From NCBI GenBank assembly GCA_040954595.2, contig CM082577.2, forward strand, positions 14,081,903 through 14,145,902: a DNA stretch of 64,000 nt. The letters run 5' to 3'. The notes below the pieces were generated by a model that saw only the letters and a list, made by a program, of their open reading frames with translations, was not told the DNA's origin and made no database searches. Below, one piece after another: positions 37,290 through 50,485 of the stretch (position 1 is the first letter of the stretch; every line of letters begins with the position of its first letter). The translations under genes were made by a program, and so were the position numbers. Origin of the DNA: Balanoglossus misakiensis. Taxonomy: Eukaryota; Animalia; Hemichordata.

Positions 37290-38961
37290 GCTGCAACCAA
37301 GACCAACAGTGATATGTATCTGACATTTTCGACCCTTTGATTTTGGAGGACACACCCCAAGTTTTAGTTACTAAAATTGACCGCAGTCCAAAGCAACAGT
37401 GTCTACTTACCGGACTGCTCTCAAGGGAGACTTTGGAGTGGTACCACGTGACGAAAGGTTCAACTGTGTGTTGTCCGTAAACCTGAGGGCGATCTGTAAT
37501 ATTGTAACTTTGCAGGACTATAACAATGTATATATACGTGTTTATCTGAGTTCTCGAAGCTGTAAGAAACCTATTTAAATTCCTGTTTCCAGTCGTGCAG
37601 ACCTCAGATTTTTTTACGTGTTTCCTTGTTTAATATTCATGACATGTTTCTATAATATTCAGATATGTGGGCGGACCCAAAAGAGAGTCTGTCCAAGTGG
37701 GGCCATATAAACAAATGTTGCCTACACAATTGAAGCAGTCTCGAGTCATAAATTTGGTACAGAGCAAAGTTCATATGACGAATAATTCATTGAGATTTCG
37801 AGTGTTTTGTAGCGCTGCACTAGTCGAGCAAGAGGACATGCACTAGGTGAACTTTCTTACATGCCAAACTCAATATCCGTGACTGACTTCCGTATGGCAG
37901 AGAAACTTTCGCATTGCAACACAACGATGTTTACTTTTCCTGTTTTTAACCATTCTGTGTCGCAGTGTGACAAAACATGTAGTAGAAAACGCAGACCACC
38001 ACTTAAACCACTACATGAAACATGAATTGATCTGGTCTGCCATGTAAATATTGAAAACTTTTAAATTGGATCGGAATGAAACTGTTTATTGGGCATAATT
38101 GCTCGACATGTCGTGATACATCTTTGTTTGATATGTGGTGATACATCTCGAGTATTGTACATTAAAAGTTCATTTAACAACAAACACCATGGGGAACATT
38201 TAAATCCTTCATTTATTATCGGAGATATTCGGTGTTTTGTACAATTACACATAAAATGTTTCCTCCTGTGCATATATTGCAAAGCATTTACAATACTAGG
38301 CCATTCTTCCGGAAGAGGAAGGAGAAATATATATTTGATATATACACGGGACAAAATGCGACCGGAAAAATCAAAAGAAAATGTTGTAGAGATTGACATT
38401 TATGTACAGACGAAAGCTATACTCTATAATTTCTTCATTTTCCCAAAGTTGACAAGTGTGTGTTTTCAAATGCGTACTTTGGCGTCTCTGCATGTGAACA
38501 TATCCTGCTAAAAAAATCTAGTAAACAACTGAACGTCTCATCAGCAAATTTGTATGGTAAACAAATTTGCACATTGGAGCTGATATTAAGGAATATCGCG
38601 TCTCGATCATTTTAGTTGTTTGCGCAGGTTCCTGCGCATAGTGTATAAAGCTAAATTTTATTTCCAGTGTTTTTAAAGCAAAGTTGTAGTGTAGTGCTGT
38701 GATGTTATTTTAGTACATACTATGTATTAAATTTGGGCCTGAAATTTGCGCGCGTTTGCAATACTGTTAGTTGCTATAGCAACCGAACTCTTCAAAAAAA
38801 CTCCTATCCTGGGCTGTTGAAAACGCCCGAAATCCATGTTTAACTTCCTGTGTCTCAACAATTTGCGTGGTGATCCCCTTTTTTGCCTTAAAATGATTTG
38901 ATATATTTCAAACAAGGTATCTACCAAGTTTTTTAAAAAAAAGTTTAAGTCTAGAAGTGAT

Positions 38962-39149
38962 AAAAAACTTATATAAAAGTGGATTTTTAGACAATTCTGT
39001 ATTTAATTTAACAGTTGTATTGATAGGCCATTATCACACTTATATAAAAGTTGACAAGTGTGTGTTTTCAAAAAAACTTATATAAAAGTGGATTTTTAGA
39101 CAATTCTGCATTTAATTTAACAGTTGTATTGATATGCCATTATCATACT
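38962..39149. repeat. 79-bp tandem duplication with templated junction insert
   Basis: Copies at 38962-39040 and 39071-39149; the junction contains a copy of 38445-38470. Confidence 0.85.
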
Positions 39150-39462
39150 GAACAAGATAAAATCTCAAAAAAAGCTGAAAATAAAATATTCAGTAAGTTT
39201 AGATTCTAATGGTGAAAAAAAAATATGACAAACCTCCCAAAATGCTTATTTTTGAGGCCATTTTACAAAGATCTACGAACACTGGCAAAAGCTGAAAGAG
39301 ATGCTAGATAGAGGGTGCTTTTTCCAAAAATCTAGATGGTTGCCCCCCCCCCATTTTTAATCCTTAGATTAAATGTTTAGAAGTCATAGTATCATCAGTA
39401 TTAATTTCAACATGATCAGACGACCTTCCATTTCGAGGTCCGTAACACATTGACACGCATTT

Positions 39463-42400
39463 TTAAATGAGGGCACAAAATTGCGATTTCTCAATAAGTT
39501 TGGCTAATTCATCCATGTTCTCTTCTCTCAGCGATGAAGCAAGAACATTCTTCGACGCGTCACCTTTGAAATGTTGTTCCCATAGCGACAGCATCTGGTA
39601 GACCCGCTCAGGTAAGGCACCATAGGTGTATGTCAACCGCTGTATATCGTGCTCTCCCAAACCCAGGGCCCTTGCCAACGGTTTCCATTGGTTTCCTTGC
39701 ACTTTCGTCGACAGCATCTCAAACTTAGCGCGCATGCCTACAAGCAAGCGAATGCAGTCAGTATCAGTTACGAAAAATGTTAGACTCGGGAAGGTACGGG
39801 TGTCTCACCTCAAGTGATATCCAGCTATATAGTCTCAGCCAAACGCCGGAACGATTCGGCTTGATTCATTCATAGAGTAACAACAAATACGGATTAGGCC
39901 TACACACTTAGTCGGTAGAGGAGCAATACAGCGGTTAGGACAGAGACACAGAAAGAAAACTCACCTGATTTTGTCGTACTCACGTGTGCTGCAGGCTTTG
40001 AAGTTTTCTGGGGGAAAAGAGGAATTCTTTTCAAAGAGCGGAAAATACAAAACCGGTCAACCCGGAACGCCGACTGGCGTGAATTTATATCATTTCAATG
40101 TGGGTTTTTTTTACTCATAAACTCACATTCATGCTGCAAAGACGGGGATATCTGCGCCTTTAAGTGTTGACAGAGTGGAAATCTTTAAAACCCCAACAAT
40201 TAAACTGTCTTCTCCGAAAACCGTGACCCTCACACACCTTCGAAACCGTGAATTTGAGCTCCACCAGCTTATCTCCCAACCGAACCCGTACGAGACCGCT
40301 CTCGTCTTCTCCGGCGTCATGTTCAGAGCTCTCCGCGACGTAAACCACCACGAAGTTGCTCTTGTTGGGGTAGAAAGTCGTCAACTTCGAAGCCACCACT
40401 TTGAGGCCACCCTTTCCCGACCCCACGGCGATGCGCTCGCCGTTTCTGACCACGATGTCGCCGCTGCAGACGACGGCGTTGTGGTAACCTTTGCCCTCCC
40501 AGTACTCCCTGGAGACCGCCAGATCCGACTTCTTGACGATGTCGATCAGTAACGCCCGGGGGTCTTCCGGGTGTTGTAACAAGACCACGCCGACGGGACG
40601 CTGTCTGCCCACCAGCGATTGAATTTCGTCATCAATGGACTTCTTCACCCTGTGCGTGCTGCGTCCCTTATACGTGGAGACAACTGTGTAGCTATCGAGA
40701 AAAAAATAAACTGATCTTGAAAGAACGAAAATCGCTAACTTTTTGCATTATTTTATATATTTTAGATTCTTTTGACAGGCCGTTAATATGTTTTTCGACT
40801 CACTGAAACAGGCTCATTAACCGGTTGCATGATCGGTCCGTTATTAACACCCCCACCAATATATTCCCTTTTTTCACAATTACCTCAAAATGCTCAAGGA
40901 TTGAACCTATCAACTGTCTCCAATGCCCACCATGCATACCTTCCCAAATATGCAGCTGTAAACCTGACAGTGGTTTCGCCGCGGCGCTCAAACGACACCT
41001 CATCTGTGACGTCATCCCACGAGTCCGGGTCCTTATAATCGTCGCTTACGAAGACCCTCAGTTGTGGCCGGTCTGGCACTTCTTTGCCGCCTCTGAGTTT
41101 TGTCCGCTGGGGGAGCGTTGGAGGGAGAGGCATCTGGACAAGCACTGGTTTCCTCATACAATAATTGCGGTCTGGTTTGTCGATCAGAATGAAACCATCG
41201 AGCGCGATTTTCGAACCGGGCAACACGCCGGGCTGTTTGTGAAGGATCTGAGGTGGGAACATATGTATTAATTTTGTTAAGCTTGATTGTTACGTGTGGA
41301 AATAATTAGTGTGAACTTGATATGATGGAGTGCAATGACTGTACATTCTGAGTGGTTGGCAATTTGAATATTTGAGGTAACTTGTGAACAAATAACGAAC
41401 ATGTATTAGCAAAATATCGCGCAAGTAATGTTTATTAACAGTCGCATATAGGGAAAGGAAGGACGAAAGGTCATGATATATTGGAACGTCACAGTCAAAA
41501 AGAGGACACTTAATTAATTGTCTATCTCCGTATGATTCGTTCCCGGCCCGAGTCCTTACCTGGCCCACCAATTTCACTTTGTCCGTCAGTGCCCCTGGGG
41601 GAATTGTAAGATGGTGCGAGTCGCCCGATTTAGGAAATACCACCCCTCTTCACCAACAACTACTGTTCTGCGCTTCTCATCAGGTCGCCGTACTGCCGCG
41701 AACATCGACGGACTTTTGATTTGCACACTTATGTACCCGTCTTCCTGAAGAAAGGGAGAGAGAGGGGGGGGGGGAACTCATTTGGCAAAGGTTCGTGAAT
41801 GATGGCCGGTAGAAGTTGGACTCATAGCGCTCCCAATGTGAAATGTCAACCAAACGTTTACGGGAAGATTCAAAGTTTATACAGGGCCACAGAATCTTAT
41901 CGTTTACAACGTACAATATATGTAGAACACGCCATGTTATTTTTCTGTACGCAAAATGAACAGCCATATGCGTACACCATACGCAATTTATTTGAGGGCG
42001 TGTCAACTTGAAGTTCGCAGCAACGAAACTGAAATTCTCTTTTACCTCCTTGGTTTGCATCTCCTCCCATTCGCCGTTGTCGTTTTTCAAAATCGCGAAG
42101 TTTTGTCCTGTCTGGGTGGATTCGAGGCCAATTCCGAGAGTCAGGGTTTTCTCAAACTCCACAGAATGCGGAGACACATCGATGACGTCAGACACCAGAT
42201 TCTCGAACCCTTGCAGGACGGGATGTAGTGTTGTATCTTGCACGACCTGTACTTTCAGAAGTTCATGTTTTCGAACTGCAGACGTGGGTACTTCAAGGTA
42301 AAAATTGGACGGTAGTCTCTTCCGGTATGACCTCTATGATTAGATAACACATGACGCAGTCATTCTCTTATTTCTTTTATATAAAGTTCGTCTCAGAAAT

Positions 42401-44255
42401 AGTGAGCTCGCACACACACGCACATGCACTTACATGTACATACATACATACATACATACATACATACATACATACATACATACACACACACATACATACA
42501 TACATACATACATACATACATACATACATACATACATACATACATACATACATACATACATACATACATACATACATACATACATACATACATACATACA
42601 TACATACATACATACATACATACATACAGAGACAGGTAAATGCTAATGCTGATTATACCTTTTTATCTGGAATAATGTTAATCTCATATACTTCATGCTG
42701 TTCGATTTCTTCCTCGGCTTCCCAATCGTCACTCAGGCTTTCTGTGTAAAAATGATAAAACAATTATTTTCCTTGCACAAAGTGGCATCATCTTTCAACC
42801 AGAGTCAGTGCTACGAAAAAAGAAGAAAATTTCATACCGTCACTATCGCTGCTTTCTTCAGATAATTCTTCAACGCCCATGACAATCGTCGACGTAGGCA
42901 TATTTTGCGGTACGCTGGTAATTCGGTTTCCTTTGATTTCCAAGCGTTTCAGGCCAGTTATCGCGGCAAGCGTCGCAAGGCTTCGTTGCATAAGTTGTTG
43001 TGGTTCAGTCGGCAGTCCTTCAACTTTGTCATTTTGCCGATGTCTTCAGGCACATCCTGCAACTTGTTGTGGTCCATGGATAGCTTCTCAAGGCTGCTGA
43101 GTGACGTCACGGATTTTGGAAACTGAGCAAATCTGTTGTGGTCGAGGGTGAGCTCGGTGAGATCCTGCAGATTGCCCATCTGTTCCGGCAAAGTTTGCAG
43201 CGAGTTATTGTTGAGGTCGCATTTTCTCAAACTCTGTAAACCATCTAAAGTAGAGAAGTGTTTCGTGAATTATGAAACACATTAGTTAATGAGGAGTACT
43301 TTTTGTCATTTTCCCGGAAGACTAAATGAGACGGAATACAGGGTAAATCTTCTTTAACCCCCCCCCCTCCCCCAATCACGAAAATAAACTCCTTACCGAT
43401 TTCTGGTGGCACCTCTGTCAAGCCGTTTCCATATACGTGAAGCTCGGTTAATCTGGCCAGCATTAAAACCGGTTGGGGCAGGTCTCCCAGCCGACAGTTT
43501 GGGATGTAGACGATCTCCAGGCGTTGCAACTTGCTCACTTCAGGGGCGATCGCTCGCAACCTGTTCCCACCAGCGTTTAAACAGTGGAGGTTCGTTAGGC
43601 TGGCCACAGAGGGCGGTATTACCGCCACCTCGTTGTCGCGAATAGACAAGAACCGGAGCTCCGTGAGCTGCGCCATCTCTGGTGGGAGAGAACTCAAACG
43701 ATTTTCATTGATGTAGAGGTACTCTAGAGTTCGTATGGTGCAAATGACTCGCGGCAGTTCATCTAGGCGATTGCCTGACACGTCCAGTGACTCCAATCTT
43801 TCCATAGCCTCCATTTCCGTTGGCAATGTCGACAGATTGTTGTCTCTGATGTTGAACTTCTTCAGTTGTTGAAGGTTGCCAATGGACTTTGGCACGCATG
43901 CAAGTTCGTTGTTCGACAGATCCAGATCGACCAGGTTTCCCATCCGTTGGTCGACGTCATCCGGGATCCGGGCGACTTTGTTCCCGGAGAGGGCGCAATT
44001 GCGCAAACGCGGCTGAAACTGCAACTCAGGCGGTATGTCCTCAAACTCGTTATTCGACAAATCTAAGGTTTCAAGGTCCGGCCACTTTTGATCGTCGTCT
44101 TCAGAGGGGGAAGTGGACAGAGTCGACAGTTTGTTGTTTCTTAAATTCACAATCTGGAGTTTATGGCACTCGGCCAATTCCTGCGGCACTTATGTCAGCC
44201 CCCGGTCGCTGAGGTCGACACTGATAGCGTTCTGATCGATCCGATGTTTACCCAT
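39463..44255 (-). pseudogene. PIDD1-like LRR-ZU5-ZU5-UPA-death domain gene with disrupting lesions (pseudogene or null allele)
   Basis: Coding exons 44255-43397 and 43244-42838 (~17 LRRs), 42741-42659 (acidic linker), 42333-42046 (ZU5: LVSDVIDVSPHSVEFEK), 41744-41560, 41247-40940 (second ZU5: TIPPGA..KPVLVQMPLP..WDDVT), 40691-40238 (UPA-like: LLQHPEDPRALL..TFYPNKSN), 40007-39965, 39737-39463 (death domain: WKPLARALGL..YQMLSLW..). TAA at 44190-44192; frameshifts near 42975 and 41645. Confidence 0.85.
42437..42628. repeat. (TACA)n microsatellite in an intron
   Basis: ~47 tetranucleotide units with one (CA)n interruption. Confidence 0.98.
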
Positions 44256-46744
44256 GATGGTGCAACACCACCTGTAAACATGAGCATGATCAAACTGAAG
44301 ACTTTTTGGTAATCACCCATGACTGACATTTGACTAGCCTAGCATTTGATAAGATGTGTAAGAAAAGAGCAAATACCCATCCCCCGTGCCAATGAAATTA
44401 ATCATTTTCTTTGTGCATTGCATGTTAAAGTATTATCAATTGCTACAATCTGATTGGTGAACTGCATTGTGTTTTTAATTTAGTATCAATTAGAGGAAAC
44501 CTTATAAATGACTGTGTACATGTTGCGAAGCCTCCAGCTTGATTTCCAAGCCTGGTTTAACTTGGTTTAACAAAGAACGGCAACTTTACTTTCCCTCAGT
44601 CGTAGAGTTGCGCTTTTGAGAATCGTTCATAGTGACCCGGAACAAAGAATTTGGTGCAGAACGGGAACGGCAGTATATAATGCAGCAATGAAAGCCAGGT
44701 CCAACTTTCCTTTTTCAAGTTTTACGCCCATAAAGAAACTCGAGTCTCGCGGCCGATAAACGACCCTCTCCAAATGTGCGACTCAGTATTCTAATTGTAT
44801 AGGGCTGTTGCCATGAAAAAGACACTGAGCCAGTCATTGTCCCTGTGTGATTTATCATACATTGTAGAGTTTTCTTCTAGCTCAGAAGACGGAACTGCAA
44901 TTTACGAAAATGCGATCGGGTCAGTATTACTGATCACCGTGCCGTTGTTCTGTTTGTGTTGCCCAGAGATTTTTTCACAATGTCGACGATGTTTTTCAGA
45001 AAACTCACCTCAAGTACCCACTCATTGTGTCTGAGATAACAATAAACAAAAAAGTATATGCACGTGAAAGGAAATTGAATTTGTTATTGGAATTTGTAGC
45101 TGTGATACGCATCTGTACCGTCGGGGGGGGAGAGGCTGATTACCCCCACGGACAGCTGCGGGCCAACCCTCATACTAATCTTGCAGTTGCAACGACACGA
45201 CTGGTGTAGGAACATTTGAACGGCAACAGAGAGTGAGCGTAATTCAATGAAACGACCTATACAAGCCTGAACTCTGATTATTTCTGGTCCCAAAACTCCT
45301 TTCGTGAAAAAAATCACTGGGATGTTAACGTATTTAAGCCGATTTTCCAAGGAGTACTAGTACCCGCTGAAAGTGACTGCCATTAATATGCTAATGAGAC
45401 CTCGTTCAACAGTTGTGAGTGAGGGTCAAAGTCTGCTGCCGGAGTTTTAACCCGTGTACTCGGGTAATACAATGTAGTGCTTTATACGGGTGAAACGTTT
45501 CAAGTTAGTCCAGGCGCCGAAATATAGCCGTGGGTCAAATGTGCTTGCTGTGGATTTTCCGTCTTAAACACAACATGGGTATTGAAAACAAGGGGACAAT
45601 AGCGTACTTCTCTTGTCCATTTTGTCTTTCTCGAACCGTGGGCCCCAGTCGCCATTGTGATGTGGAACGAAAATGCCTAACAATCCCTTGAGTATTCGGC
45701 CCTGTCAGAGCCACAGAAAGAATGTGTTGCTAAGCACGAGCTACGCATGCTGGAAGTGTTGTTATTTCACGGCTATGTCGCTGTTGCTGGTTGTTGTTTG
45801 TTTTTTTTCGGGGGGGGGGGCGAACGCGCCTGGCGTTGCCAAGCAACTTGCTTTTATCATACCCCAGTCCCACTTTGTTCAACAGACGTAAATACATGTA
45901 CAAAAAATAGTTACCCAGATTTGGAAACTAGTAACTCGAAACAAATGGTGAAATATACATTGTTAGTATCAACCGGAAATTTCGAAATGTTTTCTCTTGC
46001 AGGAAGTGTGAAAAGACGAATTTGATGGGGGTCTTCTGGGGCGCGCGCGCCTACTTCTCCTAATAAAGGCTTGAATGGTGCCATTAAAACCCGTAGTAAC
46101 CTCACGACACACTGTTGCTAAGATTAATATTGATTGTTATTTTCATCACCATTTACCCCTTTTGAGTGGGAAAGATAAATCTGGTTTTAAAGATACGAAT
46201 ATACACCCACGTTTGATTAATTAACACAATATTATGCCCATACGTAGATGAACATCGTGTCAAAGTCTCCTGATACTGCGGACATCAATTTTTAGCGATG
46301 CTAGACAAGTGGAAAATGTGATTTGCTAATATATATATCTACAATTTGCATGCTAACTGTGGAAAAAATCACGATAATAATCCAAAATAAACAAACAAAC
46401 AAAAACATTCTTTCGTTTTAATGGGGGAAGACCAAAAATGGCTTTGTGATATGGCGATAAAAGCTACTGTGTTCCTGTGCAAATATTAGCATGCATCGCA
46501 CAGTAAATACTTGTCAATAAATTATATAGACATTATACAAATTGAACATTTGATAATTGTTATTTTAAATGGTAGAACGTTTTGATGGGACTGGAACCCC
46601 AAAAGAGGAACTATGTACATCGAACATGTATTACACGCAACACAGCTACACCTCTCTCTCCCCCATCCCACCAACTTACTCTCTCTCTCGGTCCTCCATA
46701 TCTCCCCTTAATAAATGTTGATTAAAATAAATGCAACATTACTT

Positions 46745-46850
46745 ACTTTACAGTGCTTGGTATCTGCTGTCAATGAGTCTTCTGTTGTGACCACTTACTG
46801 TCTGCGTCGTCTTAAAAAAAAGGTATATAGCGAACTCAGCCAATCATATG
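46745..46850 (-). promoter_or_regulatory. Candidate promoter and 5'UTR exon of the PIDD1-like gene
   Basis: CCAAT at ~46839, TATA-like ctatatacc on the minus strand at ~46822-46830, then a short segment ending in AAA|gtaagt at ~46747. Confidence 0.3.
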
Positions 46851-47101
46851 ACGACTTTATAATGTTCACGTGATCTGTGTCGCTCCTTTATGTTAATCAG
46901 TCTTCAGGTTTCACGTGACGCATAAAAGACCTTTAAAGGCCAAACTCCAGTTTCTTGTGCTGCTATGGATAGATTTATCAGTGATATGTTTAGTCTTTAG
47001 CTTCTCAGCAAAGCCTGTATATGAATAATGATCATTGTCGTTGTTGTTGTTGACATTTCCAACAATAAAAATGTTGATCATTACAGAAGGGGCATCTTTA
47101 C

Positions 47102-47340
47102 TATCAATCACGTGATCTGGCCATTTCTTACACGGCGTTGTCATTTCCATATGACGGGCAAGCAATATTTCGGCATCCAATAAAAGTTTTTCCGAGTATC
47201 TTTTTACTGTAGAACCACCAAACACGTAATATATATCAGGTATGGTGCCATATCAGCCTAATGTCGTTTCGTCTGCACTGTCTTTGTCTGGACCACGTTG
47301 TTGAAGTTGCCCGTTATCTGGAAATTTGAATGCCTACATA
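47102..47340. repeat. Dispersed repeat, inverted partner at ~57672-57893
   Basis: atcaatcacgtga..tcaggtatggtgcc..atcagcct..cgtttcgtctgc..ccacgttg..ttgcccg..atctggaa matches the reverse complement at 57672-57893. Confidence 0.7.
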
Positions 47341-48566
47341 ACTGCCGCATGAGCGCGTCTGACGTCTACGGTGAATCACGCGAAATCACGCTAAATATAT
47401 AATTACGCGACACTTCGAAAAAAACGTAAAGCGACAACATTTATTCTTTTTGAGCCTAAATGATTAATCACCAGAAGACTACCACAATGACCTTGTATTT
47501 CTTTTAAGGAAGTGTTCTGTCCTAACAACAGACAAGATGACGGCGACCATAGTCTGTGTCAGAGATCAGAAAAAGACTGCAAATTGGGCGAAATGAAGGC
47601 ACAAAACTAAAGTCTTCTTATACAGTGCGCATGAAATATTGAAGGAAATGAAAGTAAATTTGCAGAACATTTGGATTTGGAAGTAATGTTTGTACACATG
47701 AAAATACGCACATGCGCATTTGGATCGTTAGCCTTTAAGCTCTTGCTTTTTCAACCACACAATGAAGGTTCAATGAACACTTTTTCTGAGTACCATTTGG
47801 ATGCTAATTAAAAACATGTACATTACTTGAAGCCGAAACTATGAAGGTTTTAATGACTACACAAAAAAGATGTCATCTGCCCTTTAGAACTAGGGCAGAG
47901 GATTTTTTAAACCATAACTCATGCAGTAATATTAGATGGTGTACAATGTGAAATCATTGAAATAACATTTGAATTTAAATTTGACCTCATCTCGCAGGAT
48001 TTTCTGTGAAATGTAAACCAAAAATATGGTCGAGGTTTGAAAAAAGGACTGATTTATAACGGAAACGCACAGTTTTCGCTGTTTTTGTGGCTTGTCCGTA
48101 TTTCAGTAACACTTTAGTCATTTACTGATTTGATTGATGGGCAACACACCCACCAAGTGTTTTTAGTCCACAATCTGTCATTTATTTGAAAATGTGCAGG
48201 TAATATGCACATGTTATAAAATGTCAAACTGGTTGTGTGCTTTGTTTTCAAACTAAAATTGATAGCACACCAGGGTTAATAAAACATTTTGCTTTGCAAA
48301 CTGGTCCTAAATGTGAGATGACAGAAATTCCAGCCTCAAACCCCCAAAGTTGACCAGCGATTCCATTTACTAGTATGCAAATCCCGTGTATTTCATGCAT
48401 TTTTGACAATAGATAATGACGGACACGTACATCAGTAGGCATTGACTTTAGCCACTATAGAGATATGCACAATTGTATTGAGCAAGGTTTTCATATCTAA
48501 AAATATTATTGCAGACATGTACGTAAATTTCTGTGCATAAATGCTGCAATTTCCACTCAGGCAATA

Positions 48567-48874
48567 TGACAGATAAAGCTGTGTATTAACAATGTACGGC
48601 CGTGTTCTATGGCAGGCTTTCAATTGCCTGTGCAACTTTGGTACATTTATTACAAAGTCAATTCTGAATGCGTATTGAATCATACAGACAGTTTGACAAC
48701 CAAGTAAAGTGCCAATTTTAATTTTACCAGCACATATTCAAATGAATTTATTTGAAGCTCTGAAATAAATCAATGTCAACGGAGGTTCTGTGTGATTCAA
48801 TACCAAAATTGCACAGGCAATTGAAAGCCTGCAATAGAACACGGCTGTACATTGTTACAAAGCTTTATCTGTCA
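48567..48874. mobile_element. MITE-like inverted repeat (~75-bp arms)
   Basis: tgacagataaagc..aacaatgtacggccgtgttctatggcaggctttcaattgcctgtgcaactttggta / taccaaaattgcacaggcaattgaaagcctgcaatagaacacggctgtacattgtt..gctttatctgtca. Confidence 0.75.
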
Positions 48875-50069
48875 CCGAATTTTACAACACCCTTCCCCAC
48901 TAGATAGTCCTATGTGCCATACGTCGCTCGGGGGCGCAGTGAACTATCGCGTCGATCAGAACTGTCAACATTGTGATGAATTCACCGTTCTCAAATATCC
49001 CGATAGTTCGAGACGCGGAGTGAAAATATGAATTCCGTATTTTCAGGCTCATATCTTCACTGTGAGTACAATATAAAGTGACAAATACAGGCGTTGCATG
49101 TGTGATAATGTATGATATTGCAAAGAGAATTTGGAAGATTGATTTTTATTGAAAATGTGTCCAAAGGCCACATGGCATTTTGGACCCTTTACGGACCAAT
49201 ATCAACGATTTTTGAGGCGGCATTCTACCTGAAACACAAAGAAGCTGTATTGACGGTACCTTTTCGTGCTATTGGTGTCTATGCATTCTGTTGAGTCGAG
49301 TTCTGCCTGGCTTGACACAGACAGGAAAAGATTTTTGACGGCTCTAAGGATTATCATGTGATGTGCACGTGGACCAGGCATGTAGCGGCTTATGCATTAC
49401 TGCAAATTCTCCCACGTCAAAATGTCACAGAACCAAAAATAGCATAAATGATTATGTTAATTAGATTCACAAGGAATGGGATACCTTGCTGATATTATAA
49501 TTTGTGCCTCAACCAATCACACTCAGGATTTCTAACTCAACCAATAAATCACCATCAGTATGTATCATAATTATTCAGTGGAAACACATAAAACCTATGC
49601 AAAAACCATGTTTTTTCATAAACTGTTGGTTTGAATACATGTACCGGTAAAGATCATGGAGTGGCTATTGGTTGCTACGTTATTTGCTGCCTTCAACATG
49701 CATCACGTCGGTAAGCTGTAAAAGTTTTCTCCCGTGCTTGTATTACAAGAAAATATTATACATTTATTGTGTATCATGTGCCATATATCACCGATAGTAT
49801 TCAATAGCCTTCGCTGATGTTTTGGTAATAAGTTCAATTTTGCTTCAATAGTGGGGTGGCAATAGATGAATAATATTTGATCATGAAATGTCGTTGGACA
49901 GAATACAATCTGTTGGGAATGAGTCCACCATCTCTTTTTATGCACATGACTGTGCATAATTTCGTATGTACAAACATTACGACCAATTCAAATATTCTGC
50001 AAATTTTGCTTTTGACGCATTTGAATTGTAGACTGCCTTCACTTCATTCCATATCGAGCCGCAGGCGAG

Positions 50070-50485
50070 GGTATCATCAATATTATGGCCAGAGATCACC
50101 AGCCCGAGGGCAGGCTAAAGATCGTGATATGGTCCGAGCATCATGTGTTATTAATTTTATTACACCGAACATTTGACCATTCATACAGCATAGAGGGTTG
50201 CGTCCATGTTGTGCGTTGCAGGTTGCAGTGAACACAGATATCTCGCTGTACCTACTTCGAACTAAGATAATCTTGAGGAAACCGCGTTTTTGGTTGAGAC
50301 TGTGGTGTATTTACTGTTCGTTTGCGGTACAATATCGTCCAGTTGAACAGGTGTTAACTGTGTGTCGCTTTGAAGCCATATATGCGGGAGTTGACTGATC
50401 ATGAAGGAAGCCATTAAACGATAATTTGTTATGCGCAAAAAAGATGCGCAGAACTTAAAACCTGTTCTAAGCAGGCATATCCTCT
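50070..50485. repeat. Copy of the interspersed repeat also at ~14560-14960 and ~23460-23915
   Basis: Shares catcaatattatgg.cagagatcacca, gagggcaggct.aa.atcgtgat, gaagccata.atgcgggag and aaagatgc.cagaacttaaaa blocks. Confidence 0.65.

Noticed and set aside
40128-40158. Possible extra micro-exons in the PIDD-like gene (40158-40128; also ~39824-39809)
   Set aside because: Splice-like signals exist, but including either introduces a stop or shifts frame; the model is in frame without them.
42351-42749. YIHT / MYVC repeat ORFs
   Set aside because: Translations of an intronic (TACA)n microsatellite.
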